Below, piece by piece: positions 19,003 to 29,151 of a stretch of 64,000 nt of DNA; the first letter of the stretch is position 1, and each line of letters begins with the position of its first letter. The translations under genes and the position numbers were made by a program. The DNA is from Alphaproteobacteria bacterium. Its GTDB lineage: Bacteria > Pseudomonadota > Alphaproteobacteria > Caulobacterales > Parvularculaceae. The notes below the pieces were generated by a model. It ran no database searches and was not told where the DNA came from. It saw nothing but the letters and a program-made list of their open reading frames with translations. The stretch spans positions 43,815 to 107,814 of the forward strand of contig JAUIEG010000001.1 in assembly GCA_030428745.1 (NCBI GenBank), given 5' to 3'.

Positions 19003-20733
19003 GTGGGCCGGCCGCTCGCGCAAATCGACCGCGTGACGAAGCGCTTCGTCAAAACCGGCCCGCCTGCCATTGACGCCGTCACGGCGTCGATCGCGGCCGG
19101 GGCTATCACTGGTGTCGTCGGGCCGGACGGCGCGGGCAAGACCACGCTCTTGCGCCTGATGGCGGGTCTGTTGGCGCCCGATGAAGGCGCATTGACAGTG
19201 TGCGGCTTCGACAGCGTTCGTGAGATCGCCAACGCGCGTCCCTCGATCGCCTACATGCCGCAGCATTTCGGCCTCTATGAAGATCTTACCGTCATTGAAA
19301 ATCTTCATCTTTACGCGGACCTGCGCTCCGTTGACGAAAGCGAACGCGGCGGCGTTTTCGAACGGTTGCTTGATTTTACTAACCTGGCGCAATTCACAAA
19401 ACGGCGCGCCGGGAAACTGTCTGGCGGCATGAAACAAAAACTCGGTCTTGCGTGCGCATTGATGGGAGCGCCGCAGCTATTGCTTCTCGACGAACCGAGC
19501 GTCGGCGTCGACCCGATCTCCCGGCGCGAATTGTGGCGTATGATCCTGGAACTGGCCGATCAAGGTATCGGCGTCGTGTGGAGCACCGCCTATCTCGACG
19601 AGGCCGAACGCTGCGAATCTGTGATCCTGCTCAGTGAAGGAAAACCTGTCTATCACGGGCCGCCCGTTGACTTCACGCATAAAGTCGAAGGAAAGGTCGC
19701 CCTGATCCGCAACATGCCGGGCGACAAACGCGATGTGTTGATGCGGGCGATGGAGGCGCCGGAAATTCTCGACGGCGTCATTCAGGGAAACACCATTCGT
19801 CTCGTTCTCAACAACCCTATGGCGGAGGATCAGTTGCGTAGCGCGCTTTCGCTAGCGGACGCTGAGATCGAGAAGGTCCCTCCCCGCTTCGAAGACGCCT
19901 TTATGGCGAGCCTTGGCGGCGGGCCGAAAAAGCGCTCGCCTTTCACGGCGCGCCCGGTCCATGGTGCAGCGCCCGACGAGATCGTCATTAAAGCCGACGC
20001 GCTGACGAAAAAGTTCGGCGACTTTACCGCCGCCGACCAGATCACGTTCTCTATCCGGCGAGGAGAAGTGTTCGGTCTCATCGGACCGAACGGGGCCGGC
20101 AAATCAACCACGTTCAAGATGCTCTGCGGGCTGTTGCGCCCCACGTCGGGCCACGCCCGCATTTCAGGACTGGACTTCGCGGCGGCGCCAAGCAAGGCGC
20201 GGGCGCGCCTCGGTTATATGGCGCAGAAATTTTCGCTCTACGGCGATCTCACCGTTCGTCAGAACCTGGAGTTTTTCGCCGGCGCATACGGCTTGTCAGG
20301 AAAGCGCAAGACCGCCGCACTCGATCAGGCGATCACGACGTTCAACTTCGCACCCTACCTTGAGGCCCAGGCCGCAAGACTGCCGCTGGGCTATAAACAG
20401 CGCCTCGCCCTTTCCTGCGCCGTTTTGCATGATCCGGATGTTTTGTTTCTCGACGAGCCGACATCCGGCGTCGATCCGCGCACGCGCCGGGAATTCTGGA
20501 CGCATATTAACGCCATGGCCCGACGCGGCGTCACCATCATGGTGACGACCCATTTTCTCGACGAAGCCGAGTATTGCGATCGTATTGCGCTGATATTTCG
20601 CGGTCGGGTGATCGCTGAAGGCCTTCCCGATGAACTCAAGACCCGTTCGCGGCGCGAAGGCGCCGATGCGCCGACCCTTGAACAGGCTTTTATCACGCTC
20701 GTGCGCGAATTCGACGAGCGGGAGGCAATATGA
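19003..20733 (+). CDS. ABC transporter dual ATP-binding protein (YbhF-like)
   Basis: Two Walker A (GPDGAGKT, GPNGAGKS), LSGGMKQK, LPLGYKQR. Confidence 0.92.
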   Translation: MGRPLAQIDRVTKRFVKTGPPAIDAVTASIAAGAITGVVGPDGAGKTTLLRLMAGLLAPDEGALTVCGFDSVREIANARPSIAYMPQHFGLYEDLTVIENLHLYADLRSVDESERGGVFERLLDFTNLAQFTKRRAGKLSGGMKQKLGLACALMGAPQLLLLDEPSVGVDPISRRELWRMILELADQGIGVVWSTAYLDEAERCESVILLSEGKPVYHGPPVDFTHKVEGKVALIRNMPGDKRDVLMRAMEAPEILDGVIQGNTIRLVLNNPMAEDQLRSALSLADAEIEKVPPRFEDAFMASLGGGPKKRSPFTARPVHGAAPDEIVIKADALTKKFGDFTAADQITFSIRRGEVFGLIGPNGAGKSTTFKMLCGLLRPTSGHARISGLDFAAAPSKARARLGYMAQKFSLYGDLTVRQNLEFFAGAYGLSGKRKTAALDQAITTFNFAPYLEAQAARLPLGYKQRLALSCAVLHDPDVLFLDEPTSGVDPRTRREFWTHINAMARRGVTIMVTTHFLDEAEYCDRIALIFRGRVIAEGLPDELKTRSRREGADAPTLEQAFITLVREFDEREAI

Positions 20734-21875
20734 AACTCTTTCCCTCCTTCAATCATTCAGCGCGGCGAAGAATGACGGGGCTTATCCGCAAGGAAACGGT
20801 TCAGGTCATCCGCGATCCCAGCAATATTCTCGTCGCCGTCATATTGCCTCTCATCCTGTTGTTTCTTTTCGGCTATGGCGTCACCTTCGACCCGCGCTAC
20901 TTCAATATTGGATTGGTCGTCGAGCAGGCGACGCCTGAAACCGGCAGCTTTGAATCAGCGCTCGTCAATTCGCCCTATTTCCGCATCGAGAAAGGCCATG
21001 ATCGGCGCGAGTTGGAAGACGCCCTCGTCGCCGGCGACATCAAGGCGGTCGTCGTTCTGCCTGCCAAATTCGCCGCTGTCGCCTATCGTGGCGACACTGC
21101 GCCGATCCAGGTTATCGTCGATGGCGGCGATCCCAACACCGCCGAACTCGTTAGCGCTTATATCGAACGGCTCTGGGCGAACTGGCTGACGCAAGAATCG
21201 ATCAGCCGCGGTCAATCGCTTCAACCGGTCCTTGTGAACCTTGAACCCCGCGTCTGGTTCAACCCGGAAATTTCAAGCCGGAACTATCTCGTGCCGGGCT
21301 CCGTCGCCATTATCCTCATGCTGATTGGCGCACTGCTGACGGCGCTCGTTGTCGCGCGCGAATGGGAACGCGGCACCATGGAGGCGCTTTTGGCGACGCC
21401 AATTGGCGTTGCGGAATTATTAATCGGCAAGCTTGCGCCCTATTTCGCACTTGGCATGATATCAATGACGATTTCCGTCGCTACAGCCGTCTTCGTTTTC
21501 GGCGTTCCCTTTCGCGGATCGTTCCTTGTTTTGACGCTGCTTTCAGCCCTCTTCATGCTGGCGGCGCTCGGACAGGGCCTTCTCATCTCGACGATCACGC
21601 GCAATCAGCTTCTCGCCGGTCAGCTTTCCGTCATGTCCGCCTTCCTGCCGGCGTTTTATTTTTCGAACTTCGTCTTTGAAATTGGAAGCATGCCGCTTGC
21701 CCTGCGTCTGGTGAGTTATGTTATTCCGGCCAAATACTACATTTCTTCACTGCAATCCCTGTTTCTCGCTGGAAACATCCCAAGCGTTCTCATTCCGGAC
21801 GCCTTGGGGATCGCAATGATAGCAGGCATCTTCTTCATTCTCACCGCGCTCGCCACGCGACGGCGGCTGGATTGA
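20730..21875 (+). CDS. ABC-2 permease (YbhS-like)
   Basis: KETVQVIRDP, WFNPE, AREWERGTMEALLATP. Confidence 0.9.
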   Translation: MKLFPSFNHSARRRMTGLIRKETVQVIRDPSNILVAVILPLILLFLFGYGVTFDPRYFNIGLVVEQATPETGSFESALVNSPYFRIEKGHDRRELEDALVAGDIKAVVVLPAKFAAVAYRGDTAPIQVIVDGGDPNTAELVSAYIERLWANWLTQESISRGQSLQPVLVNLEPRVWFNPEISSRNYLVPGSVAIILMLIGALLTALVVAREWERGTMEALLATPIGVAELLIGKLAPYFALGMISMTISVATAVFVFGVPFRGSFLVLTLLSALFMLAALGQGLLISTITRNQLLAGQLSVMSAFLPAFYFSNFVFEIGSMPLALRLVSYVIPAKYYISSLQSLFLAGNIPSVLIPDALGIAMIAGIFFILTALATRRRLD

Positions 21876-21879
21876 TTTT

Positions 21880-22983
21880 ATGTGGCTCAGAATCCGAACG
21901 CTCATCGTAAAAGAATTGCTGGCGAGCGCGCTGGACGCGAAAACGCGCTGGCTTGTGCTCTATTCGCCTCCCCTTTTGCTGTTAATCTATGCGTTCGCCA
22001 TCACCCAGGAAGTCAAGAACATCCCCGTCGCTGTCTATAATGAAGACGCCGGAACGGTGTCGCGCGATCTTATCGCCCGCTTCGATGGCTCGCCCACATT
22101 CAGCGAAATTCTGTATTTCGACAGTTGGAAAGGCGCCGCTGCCGCGATCGATTCAAGACAAGCGGCCATGGCGATTCGACTCGATTCAGCATTTTCGCGC
22201 AGTATTGCAGCGGGGAAGCCGGCGAAAGTTCAGTTAATTCTTGACGGCCGTCGCTCCAATACGGCGCAAATTTTGGAAGGCTACGCGGCGCGTATTGTCG
22301 CCGACTTTAACAAAGAACTTGCCGGCGATGATATCCGCCCACCAACGGTTATTGTAGCGCGCGCCTGGTTCAATCCTAATTTCGAGCCGCTCTGGTCAGC
22401 AACCCCCGCCCTGTTCGCAGTGCTTACAATGGTTGTCGGATTCATGGTGTCGGCCTTGACGATCGCGCGCGAACGCGAACTCGGCACATTCGAACAGCTC
22501 CTCGTCTCGCCAATACGGCCTTTTGAAATCATGATCGGCAAGGCCGTTCCCGCCGTGTTGATCGCGCTCGCCAGCGCGGTCGCCATGCTGGCGCTTGGAT
22601 CGCTCGTGCTCCAGGTTCCGCTCCGCGGCTCGATCATTTTGCTTTTCGCCGCCATGATTATCTTTCTGACATCGATCGTGGGGATTGGCCTTTTCATTTC
22701 TACTCTTGCTTCGAACCAGCAGCAGGCCGTGATCGGATTATTTTTCTATATGATGCCCGCCGTTTTGATTTCCGGTTACGCTTCACCTGTGGAAAACATG
22801 CCCGTCTGGCTGCAATGGCTGGCCGAAAGCGATCCGCTCATGCATTTCATCGTGATATGCAAAGGCGTTTTCCTTAAGAACGTACCCGCCTCGGTGATTT
22901 TTGAGCATACTTGGCCGATGGCGCTCATCGCCGTCTTTACGCTTTCAGCCGCGGCCTGGTTGTTTCGCAAGCGGTTAACCTGA
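21880..22983 (+). CDS. ABC-2 permease (YbhR-like)
   Basis: LDGRRSNTA, ARERELGTFEQLLVSP, SPVENMPVWLQ. Confidence 0.9.
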   Translation: MWLRIRTLIVKELLASALDAKTRWLVLYSPPLLLLIYAFAITQEVKNIPVAVYNEDAGTVSRDLIARFDGSPTFSEILYFDSWKGAAAAIDSRQAAMAIRLDSAFSRSIAAGKPAKVQLILDGRRSNTAQILEGYAARIVADFNKELAGDDIRPPTVIVARAWFNPNFEPLWSATPALFAVLTMVVGFMVSALTIARERELGTFEQLLVSPIRPFEIMIGKAVPAVLIALASAVAMLALGSLVLQVPLRGSIILLFAAMIIFLTSIVGIGLFISTLASNQQQAVIGLFFYMMPAVLISGYASPVENMPVWLQWLAESDPLMHFIVICKGVFLKNVPASVIFEHTWPMALIAVFTLSAAAWLFRKRLT

Positions 22984-23019
22984 AGTCCGCATAGGCCATA
23001 AAGAAAAGGATAATGCTCT

Positions 23020-25404
23020 GTGCTTAAACGGCTGTTGTCGAAACAATCGCTATTCGCAGCTAGCGTTGTCTTTGGCCTATTCGCAGCAGCGATGTTCGCG
23101 CTTGTGATTGAAACTGTCAGCAAGCGCCCATCCGAGAATCATGAGGAGATAGCCGAGACGCCAGCCGGTTCGATGACGGCCCTCGATATAAAAATGATTA
23201 AGCCGATGATCGAACGCCGCTGCGTCGTCTGCCACGGCTGTTACGACGCACCCTGTCAATTTCGGATGACGTCCCCGGAAGGGATAGCGCGCGGCGCCAG
23301 CAAAGAACCGGTTTATGATCCCGCGCGCACAACTGACGCGACGCTTACCCGTTTAGGAATCGACGCTTCAACAACCGAGGAATGGAGGCGGCTCGGTTTT
23401 GCGGACATTGCGCCACATGGCAAGGAAGACCCCGAAAGTTCAATTCTTTGGCGAATGCTGGCGCTCGGGCGGCAACATCCGCTGCCGGCCAACATTTCTC
23501 TTCCCAAGAACATCGATCTCGACGTCACCCGAAAGCTCAGTTGCCCCGTTCCAACCGAATTCGACAAATACGAGCGCGAAAATCCTTTCGGCGGCATGCC
23601 TTACGCCATGGCGCCGCTAGAAGAAGGCGAATGGAAAATGTTGAGCGCCTGGGTCGCAAACGGGGCGCCGCTGGACGATCTTATTAGTACAGACGATGAG
23701 ACTGTGCTCGGCGACCAGATTGCTTCGTGGGAAGCATTTCTGAACGATCCGTCGCCGAAGTCACGCCTTGTCGCCCGTTATCTCTACGAACATCTCTTTC
23801 TGGCGCATCTCTATTTTGACGATGCGGAAGACGGACCTTTCTATCAGCTTGTCCGGTCCTTTACGCCGCCGGGACAGCCAATAGAGATTATCGCTACGCG
23901 GCGCCCTTATGACGATCCCGGCGCGGATGTGTTTTTCTATCGATTGGAACCCATTACCGAGACGATTCTTCACAAAACCCATATGACGTATCAATTGGGT
24001 CCGGAACGCCTTGAGCGTCTCAAAGAAATATTTTTCACCGAAGGTTGGAGCGCGCCCAGCGAGCTTCCCTCCTACGAACCTTCCGTTGCGTCGAATCCAT
24101 TTATCTCGTTCGCTGATATACCGGCCGAAGCGCGTTACCGGTTTTTGCTTGACGATCCTGAGTATTTTATCCGGACGTTCATACGCGGACCCGTCTGCAG
24201 CGGTCAGGTCGCCGTAAATGTCATTGAAGACCGCTTCTGGGTGATGTTTCTCGATCCTGCTTCCGATTTATCGATCACCGATCCCAGCTATTTGAAAGAC
24301 GCCGCTCCTTATCTGGGCCTTCCGGCGGAACACGCGTCAGGACCGCTCCTTGAGCGGCTCGTGCCCGTCTATCTCGATCACCACCGGCGCTATGAGGACT
24401 TTCGTCGAAAGCGCTATGACGACGCTGACCCGGAAAGGCTCGGCCCTTCTATCGACGCCATTTGGAAGGGATCGTCTGTCACAGGCGCGCCGATCCTAAC
24501 CGTATTCCGGCATTTCGATAACGCGTCCGTCATTTCCGGATTTGTCGGCGATATTCCCGAAACCGCCTGGGTCATCGATTATCCGACGTTAGAACGGATC
24601 TATTACAATCTCGTCGCCGGTTTTGATGTCTTCGGTTCCGTCGAGCATCAGGTCGGAACGCGGCTCTATATGGACCTCCTCCGCATGGAGAGCGAAGACT
24701 TATTTCTTTCCTTTTTGCCGCCGGGCCGGCGGCGCGACCTTCATCAAAGCTGGTATCGCGGCGGCCACACAAAGATCCGAGTGTTAATGCATCAACAACA
24801 GATCGATATCGATCACGGCGTCCAGATCGATTATCGAACCGGCGACGCGAAATCCGAGCTGCTCTTACGCGTCCTGAAGAGCGCCAGCGGCGTTTCGCCA
24901 AAAGCCGACCCGCTAAACCGGCCGATTGACCGCGGCGGTTCGCTGTCGCCGCAAAGCCTGCTGCTATCTCGGCTTTCATCGAAGACCGCGCCCTGGGTTG
25001 AGTTCCTGCCCGAGCTGTCTTTGCTCAGAGTCAAGCGCAAGGCTGGCCCCGACCTTGCCTTCTCATTCATACATGACAAGGCGCACACGAATGTCGCTTT
25101 TCTTTTCGCAGAATCGCTCAGACTTGAGCCTGAGAAAGACACGCTCACAATTCTTCGCGGCCAGATCGGCAGCTACCCAAATTTCTTCTTCGTCGTTGAC
25201 GAACAAATGCTGCCGCGGTTTGTGAACGATTTATCCGCCATCCATGATGACGGCGGCTGGCTCGCGTTTGTCGCCGCCTACGGCGTTCGCCGGTCGAGCT
25301 CGACATTCTGGGAGACAGCCGATTTCTTCCAGGACCAGATGATACGGCAGCATCCTTTGGAGGCAGGCCTTCTCGATTTGAACCGTTATGTCGATCCGAA
25401 ATAA
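23020..25404 (+). CDS. cti: Fatty acid cis/trans isomerase (heme c)
   Basis: RRCVVCHGCYDAPCQ (CxxCH), RYLYEHLFLAH, FIRGPVC, LYMDLLRMESE, GLLDLNRY. Confidence 0.88.
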   Translation: MLKRLLSKQSLFAASVVFGLFAAAMFALVIETVSKRPSENHEEIAETPAGSMTALDIKMIKPMIERRCVVCHGCYDAPCQFRMTSPEGIARGASKEPVYDPARTTDATLTRLGIDASTTEEWRRLGFADIAPHGKEDPESSILWRMLALGRQHPLPANISLPKNIDLDVTRKLSCPVPTEFDKYERENPFGGMPYAMAPLEEGEWKMLSAWVANGAPLDDLISTDDETVLGDQIASWEAFLNDPSPKSRLVARYLYEHLFLAHLYFDDAEDGPFYQLVRSFTPPGQPIEIIATRRPYDDPGADVFFYRLEPITETILHKTHMTYQLGPERLERLKEIFFTEGWSAPSELPSYEPSVASNPFISFADIPAEARYRFLLDDPEYFIRTFIRGPVCSGQVAVNVIEDRFWVMFLDPASDLSITDPSYLKDAAPYLGLPAEHASGPLLERLVPVYLDHHRRYEDFRRKRYDDADPERLGPSIDAIWKGSSVTGAPILTVFRHFDNASVISGFVGDIPETAWVIDYPTLERIYYNLVAGFDVFGSVEHQVGTRLYMDLLRMESEDLFLSFLPPGRRRDLHQSWYRGGHTKIRVLMHQQQIDIDHGVQIDYRTGDAKSELLLRVLKSASGVSPKADPLNRPIDRGGSLSPQSLLLSRLSSKTAPWVEFLPELSLLRVKRKAGPDLAFSFIHDKAHTNVAFLFAESLRLEPEKDTLTILRGQIGSYPNFFFVVDEQMLPRFVNDLSAIHDDGGWLAFVAAYGVRRSSSTFWETADFFQDQMIRQHPLEAGLLDLNRYVDPK

Positions 25405-25425
25405 GCCGCGGATCAACCGCCCTAT

Positions 25426-26382
25426 ATGCGGCGTGACGGCGTCGATAACATGAAGCTACATCCGCCATTTATCAAAATGCTCACCCTAAGAGGCAACGCA
25501 CGCGTACAAGCAGGCCTCGGCGCAGTCATTGTCATGGTGCTATGGGCGAGTTGTTATCCTCTCATTACGCTTGGGCTCCCCCATGCTCCGCACCTCACCT
25601 TTGCGGCGATGCGCGCCGCGATCGCAGGCAGTGTGTTACTAATAGTAGCGGCGGTCTCCGGCGCGCCCATCCCCAAAAGCCCTCGAATATGGGCGTGGCT
25701 TATGCTCGCGGGATTTGGCGCAACAACGCTTGGCTATCTGGGAATGTTTCACGCGGCGGAGTTTGTCGCGCCCGGATTCGCCACGATCATCGCGAACACG
25801 CAGCCCCTGCTCGCCGCAATGCTCGCTCGCTTTTTTCTGGCGGAACGCCTCCACGCGCGCACTAAATTCGGTTTAGGCATTGGCTTCGTCGGGGTTCTGA
25901 TTTCAGCGTCGCCTCAATTGACCGCCGGCGGGGGCGCGGCAACCGCGAAAGGCGTCGCCTATGTCGTCCTTGCTGCTGTTGGCGTCGCAATTGGAAACAT
26001 CGCCATTAAAAAACTCGCAGGCAACATTCGCCCGTCCGCCGCCATGGGCTGGCAATTGATTTTGGGTGCGCTTCCGCTCGCGTTTATGGCGGGCCTCACC
26101 GAGAATGCTGGTGGTATTCATTGGGCTCCGGCCTTTGTGGTCAGCCTCTTCACGTTAGCGCTGTTCGGAACAGCCCTCGCTTTCTGGCTTTGGCAACGCG
26201 TATTACAAATCATGGAATTATCACGCGCCAATGCGTTCAGCTTCCTTGTGCCTTTCCTCGGCGTTCTTTTTGGTGTTCTCTTTTTCGATGAACGGGTCTC
26301 TCTGGTAACAATTATCGGGGCAATTATTTCTATTGTTGGCGTACAGCTGACCTTTCGTAACGAATCGACTATCAGGATATAG
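25426..26382 (+). CDS. DMT/EamA family transporter
   Basis: ~10 TM, duplicated EamA pattern, IANTQPL, LVPFLGV; start uncertain. Confidence 0.85.
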   Translation: MRRDGVDNMKLHPPFIKMLTLRGNARVQAGLGAVIVMVLWASCYPLITLGLPHAPHLTFAAMRAAIAGSVLLIVAAVSGAPIPKSPRIWAWLMLAGFGATTLGYLGMFHAAEFVAPGFATIIANTQPLLAAMLARFFLAERLHARTKFGLGIGFVGVLISASPQLTAGGGAATAKGVAYVVLAAVGVAIGNIAIKKLAGNIRPSAAMGWQLILGALPLAFMAGLTENAGGIHWAPAFVVSLFTLALFGTALAFWLWQRVLQIMELSRANAFSFLVPFLGVLFGVLFFDERVSLVTIIGAIISIVGVQLTFRNESTIRI

Positions 26383-26462
26383 CCGCTCGTATCAAGCGAA
26401 CGAGATACATTTTCGCCCAGCATCGATCCAATGCAGTCGCTGCTTTCGCCGACTACAGAGAC

Positions 26463-26954
26463 TTACGGCGACTCCATGTCATCCATCGTGCATTCTTCGA
26501 TCGTCGCCGCCGCAATCCGCATTGCTTCATTATGAAATTCCTTCATGCAAGACTTGTAAGCGTCTTTATCGCTATCGAAGGAACACAGCGCCGCAATATA
26601 ATCCTCCTTGCCTCTTTCCAACTTCAGCAGGAAATGAACCCGCTCGCCGACAGCGAAAGCGGAAAGATCGATAGGATTTGCAACGGCGAACGACATATTC
26701 ATCTCATCAAATCCGATTGAATGATCCGGCTTGTGCGAGATGCCTACCTTGGACTCCAGGCTGTTAATGGCCGTGATCAAGCCTTCTCCCATTGGCACAT
26801 AACAATGTATGGTCAAATTCATCGGTCTATCGGCATGTGGGTCTAATTCCGCCTTCTGACCCTTTGCAGACGCCAGCGGGAAGCCGCCGGCAATAGCCAA
26901 GAACGTGACGAACGAGATAATCTGAACTCTTAGAATTCTTGCGGCCATGATCAA
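26463..26954 (-). CDS. CusF-like periplasmic Cu(I)/Ag(I)-binding protein with Cys-containing extensions
   Basis: Signal peptide; GEGLITAI...ISHKPDHSIGFDEMNMSFAV...GERVHF. Confidence 0.65.
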   Translation of the reverse strand: MIMAARILRVQIISFVTFLAIAGGFPLASAKGQKAELDPHADRPMNLTIHCYVPMGEGLITAINSLESKVGISHKPDHSIGFDEMNMSFAVANPIDLSAFAVGERVHFLLKLERGKEDYIAALCSFDSDKDAYKSCMKEFHNEAMRIAAATIEECTMDDMESP

Positions 26955-27045
26955 ACATGAGCCCTGAGTTTAGCATTCCATGGATTCCATGGATGATACG
27001 CTCTGCCAGAATATGATTTTAGACTCCGCATATAACACGCCTTGA

Positions 27046-28086
27046 TCATCGGTAGAATCCGTCTCCGATACCAAGCGAAGCATTCGTTTTGGCGATGGAC
27101 GCGGCGCCGTCGCGTTCGCTTCCTGTCAGCGCCCTGATAGCGTCGATTGTCTCCGGGATGACGATGGCCTGGTTATCGACCATATAGGCGTAAAAGACCT
27201 CAGTTCCCTGAACGGTTACAAGATCCTCCCAAAGGGCGACTTCGTATAGATTGTCGTGAGGCCGCCCGAGGTCAGCCATGAGTTCCTTGACGGAGTTCAA
27301 CGCCGACAATCCATCCCCCATTTTTATCAAGGAAATGCGTGACGACGAGCGGAAAGCGGCCAATATTTCTTCCCTTTCCGCGGCACGCGACAATTCCACA
27401 TTCCAGAAATGAAGATGCGCGAGCGTCTCCGGAACTTTGACCGCCATTGTCACGACATCGAGTTCCGGATCGACGCTCTGCGCATCGGGGCCCTGATGAC
27501 TTGGAATGTGTTTTTCAGGAACGAGCGTATTCATGATGCCGCCCTCATGACTTTCCCAGGGGTCAGTGGCCCGGCGCAACAGCGTTCCACGCGCCCGCTT
27601 GAGAAGGCCTGCGCGCTTGAGGGCGCTCAAAGTCCGAACGATTGACGTCGTATTGCACGAAACGACCCGCGTGGCGTCTTTGCCGAATGCGCTTTCATAG
27701 GTTGCTTCCGCAACAAAGGAATGACCCGCGACTTCATGCGCTTCGCCGCCTTGAACAATGAATTTTAGCTTTCGCTCCTTGTAGAGGAGAACGTTTTTCG
27801 CAGCCACTCGCTTCGGCGTACAATCGACAACGATGTCCGCATCATCCAATAGATCGTTCAAATTTCCCGCGATCTCAATACCCGCTTGCCGCATCGCATC
27901 GGCTTGCGCGTCAATAGCTGAGAACACGCGAACGCCTTTCTGCTGCGCCGCGCGAAGCCGCCAGTCGCTGGCGACATCAGCAACGCCGGCCAGCTCCATA
28001 TCATCCTGCAGCGCAGTCGCAGCTGCGACCCGTTTGCCAATGACGCCATACCCGGCAATGGCAACCTTCACCTTCCTATCGAGCAT
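27046..28086 (-). CDS. Archaeal-type (class II) glyceraldehyde-3-phosphate dehydrogenase
   Basis: GYGVIGKRVA, VDCTP, QGGE, VVSCNTT, RRATDP, SHQGPD, AIVIPETIDAIRA. Confidence 0.88.
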   Translation of the reverse strand: MLDRKVKVAIAGYGVIGKRVAAATALQDDMELAGVADVASDWRLRAAQQKGVRVFSAIDAQADAMRQAGIEIAGNLNDLLDDADIVVDCTPKRVAAKNVLLYKERKLKFIVQGGEAHEVAGHSFVAEATYESAFGKDATRVVSCNTTSIVRTLSALKRAGLLKRARGTLLRRATDPWESHEGGIMNTLVPEKHIPSHQGPDAQSVDPELDVVTMAVKVPETLAHLHFWNVELSRAAEREEILAAFRSSSRISLIKMGDGLSALNSVKELMADLGRPHDNLYEVALWEDLVTVQGTEVFYAYMVDNQAIVIPETIDAIRALTGSERDGAASIAKTNASLGIGDGFYR

Positions 28087-28118
28087 CTCGCTGCCTCACT
28101 TTCAAACACATACGCCGG

Positions 28119-29129
28119 TCACACGGCTCCGGCGACAATATTCTGCGGTTCGCCATCAATAAACGCCTCTATATTCTCGACCGTCGTTTCGACAATACGC
28201 GCGACGGCCTCATTCGTATTGAACGCCGAGTGCGGAGTGATGATCACGTTGCGCATGCGCATGAGGATATGATCCGCCACGAGATTGCGCAGATCATGAC
28301 GGTCGCAATATATCGAACAAATCAGCTCCGCTTCTTCGCGGATGAGCGGCTCATCTGGCAGAACGTCGAGGCCGGCTGCAGCGACCTTTCCGCTCGTCAG
28401 CGCCTGGATCAGCGCACGAGTTTCGATGACGTCGCCGCGCGCCGTATTAATGACCACCACGCCATCCTTCATCTGTGCAAATGCGTCAGCGGACAGAAGA
28501 TGGCGCGTTTCCGGAGTGGCCGGCACATGCAAGGTGATCACGTCCGACCTCGAAAGAAGTTCGTCAAGGTCGACATAAGCAAAACTGTGCGCCGCAGCGA
28601 AGGCGTCATCCGGCGCAATGTCGAAGGCGATAACCTGCATGCCGAACCCGCTCGCAATGCGAATGACATGACGTCCGATATTGCCGGTTCCGACGACGCC
28701 CAGCGTCTTTCCTTCCAGATCGAAACCGCGCAGACCCTCCGGCGAAAAAGGGCCCATGCGCACGCGCTCGACGGCCTCGATCAGCCGGTGGCTTAAAGCC
28801 AGCAGAAGCGCAAAAACATGTTCGGCGACGGTGTTTTCGCCATAGGTCGGGACGTTGCAGACGAGAATGCGCCGCTCCGCACAATACGCCGTATCGATAT
28901 GGTCGAACCCCGTTGAGCGCGTTGCAATCATTTTCAACGCTGGCAGGCGCTCCAACACACTGCGATCGAGCTTTGAATAGATAAATGTCGAGACAATCTC
29001 GACATCAGAAAATTCGTTCGTATTACCGACCTGCAACGGTTCCCTGATCAGGCGCAAATCATGATCGGCTTTGAAGCGTTCAAATACGGGCGCTTCACGC
29101 TCTTCCGTTTCAAAAACCGCTATGCGCAT
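28119..29129 (-). CDS. D-isomer-specific 2-hydroxyacid dehydrogenase (D-lactate dehydrogenase-like)
   Basis: GGAGG RBS at MRIAVFE; RSTGFDHID, GTGNIG, INTARG, LDVLPDEP, TPHSAF. Confidence 0.88.
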   Translation of the reverse strand: MRIAVFETEEREAPVFERFKADHDLRLIREPLQVGNTNEFSDVEIVSTFIYSKLDRSVLERLPALKMIATRSTGFDHIDTAYCAERRILVCNVPTYGENTVAEHVFALLLALSHRLIEAVERVRMGPFSPEGLRGFDLEGKTLGVVGTGNIGRHVIRIASGFGMQVIAFDIAPDDAFAAAHSFAYVDLDELLSRSDVITLHVPATPETRHLLSADAFAQMKDGVVVINTARGDVIETRALIQALTSGKVAAAGLDVLPDEPLIREEAELICSIYCDRHDLRNLVADHILMRMRNVIITPHSAFNTNEAVARIVETTVENIEAFIDGEPQNIVAGAV

Positions 29130-29151
29130 GGGGAGCGAATTCCTCCGCTTG

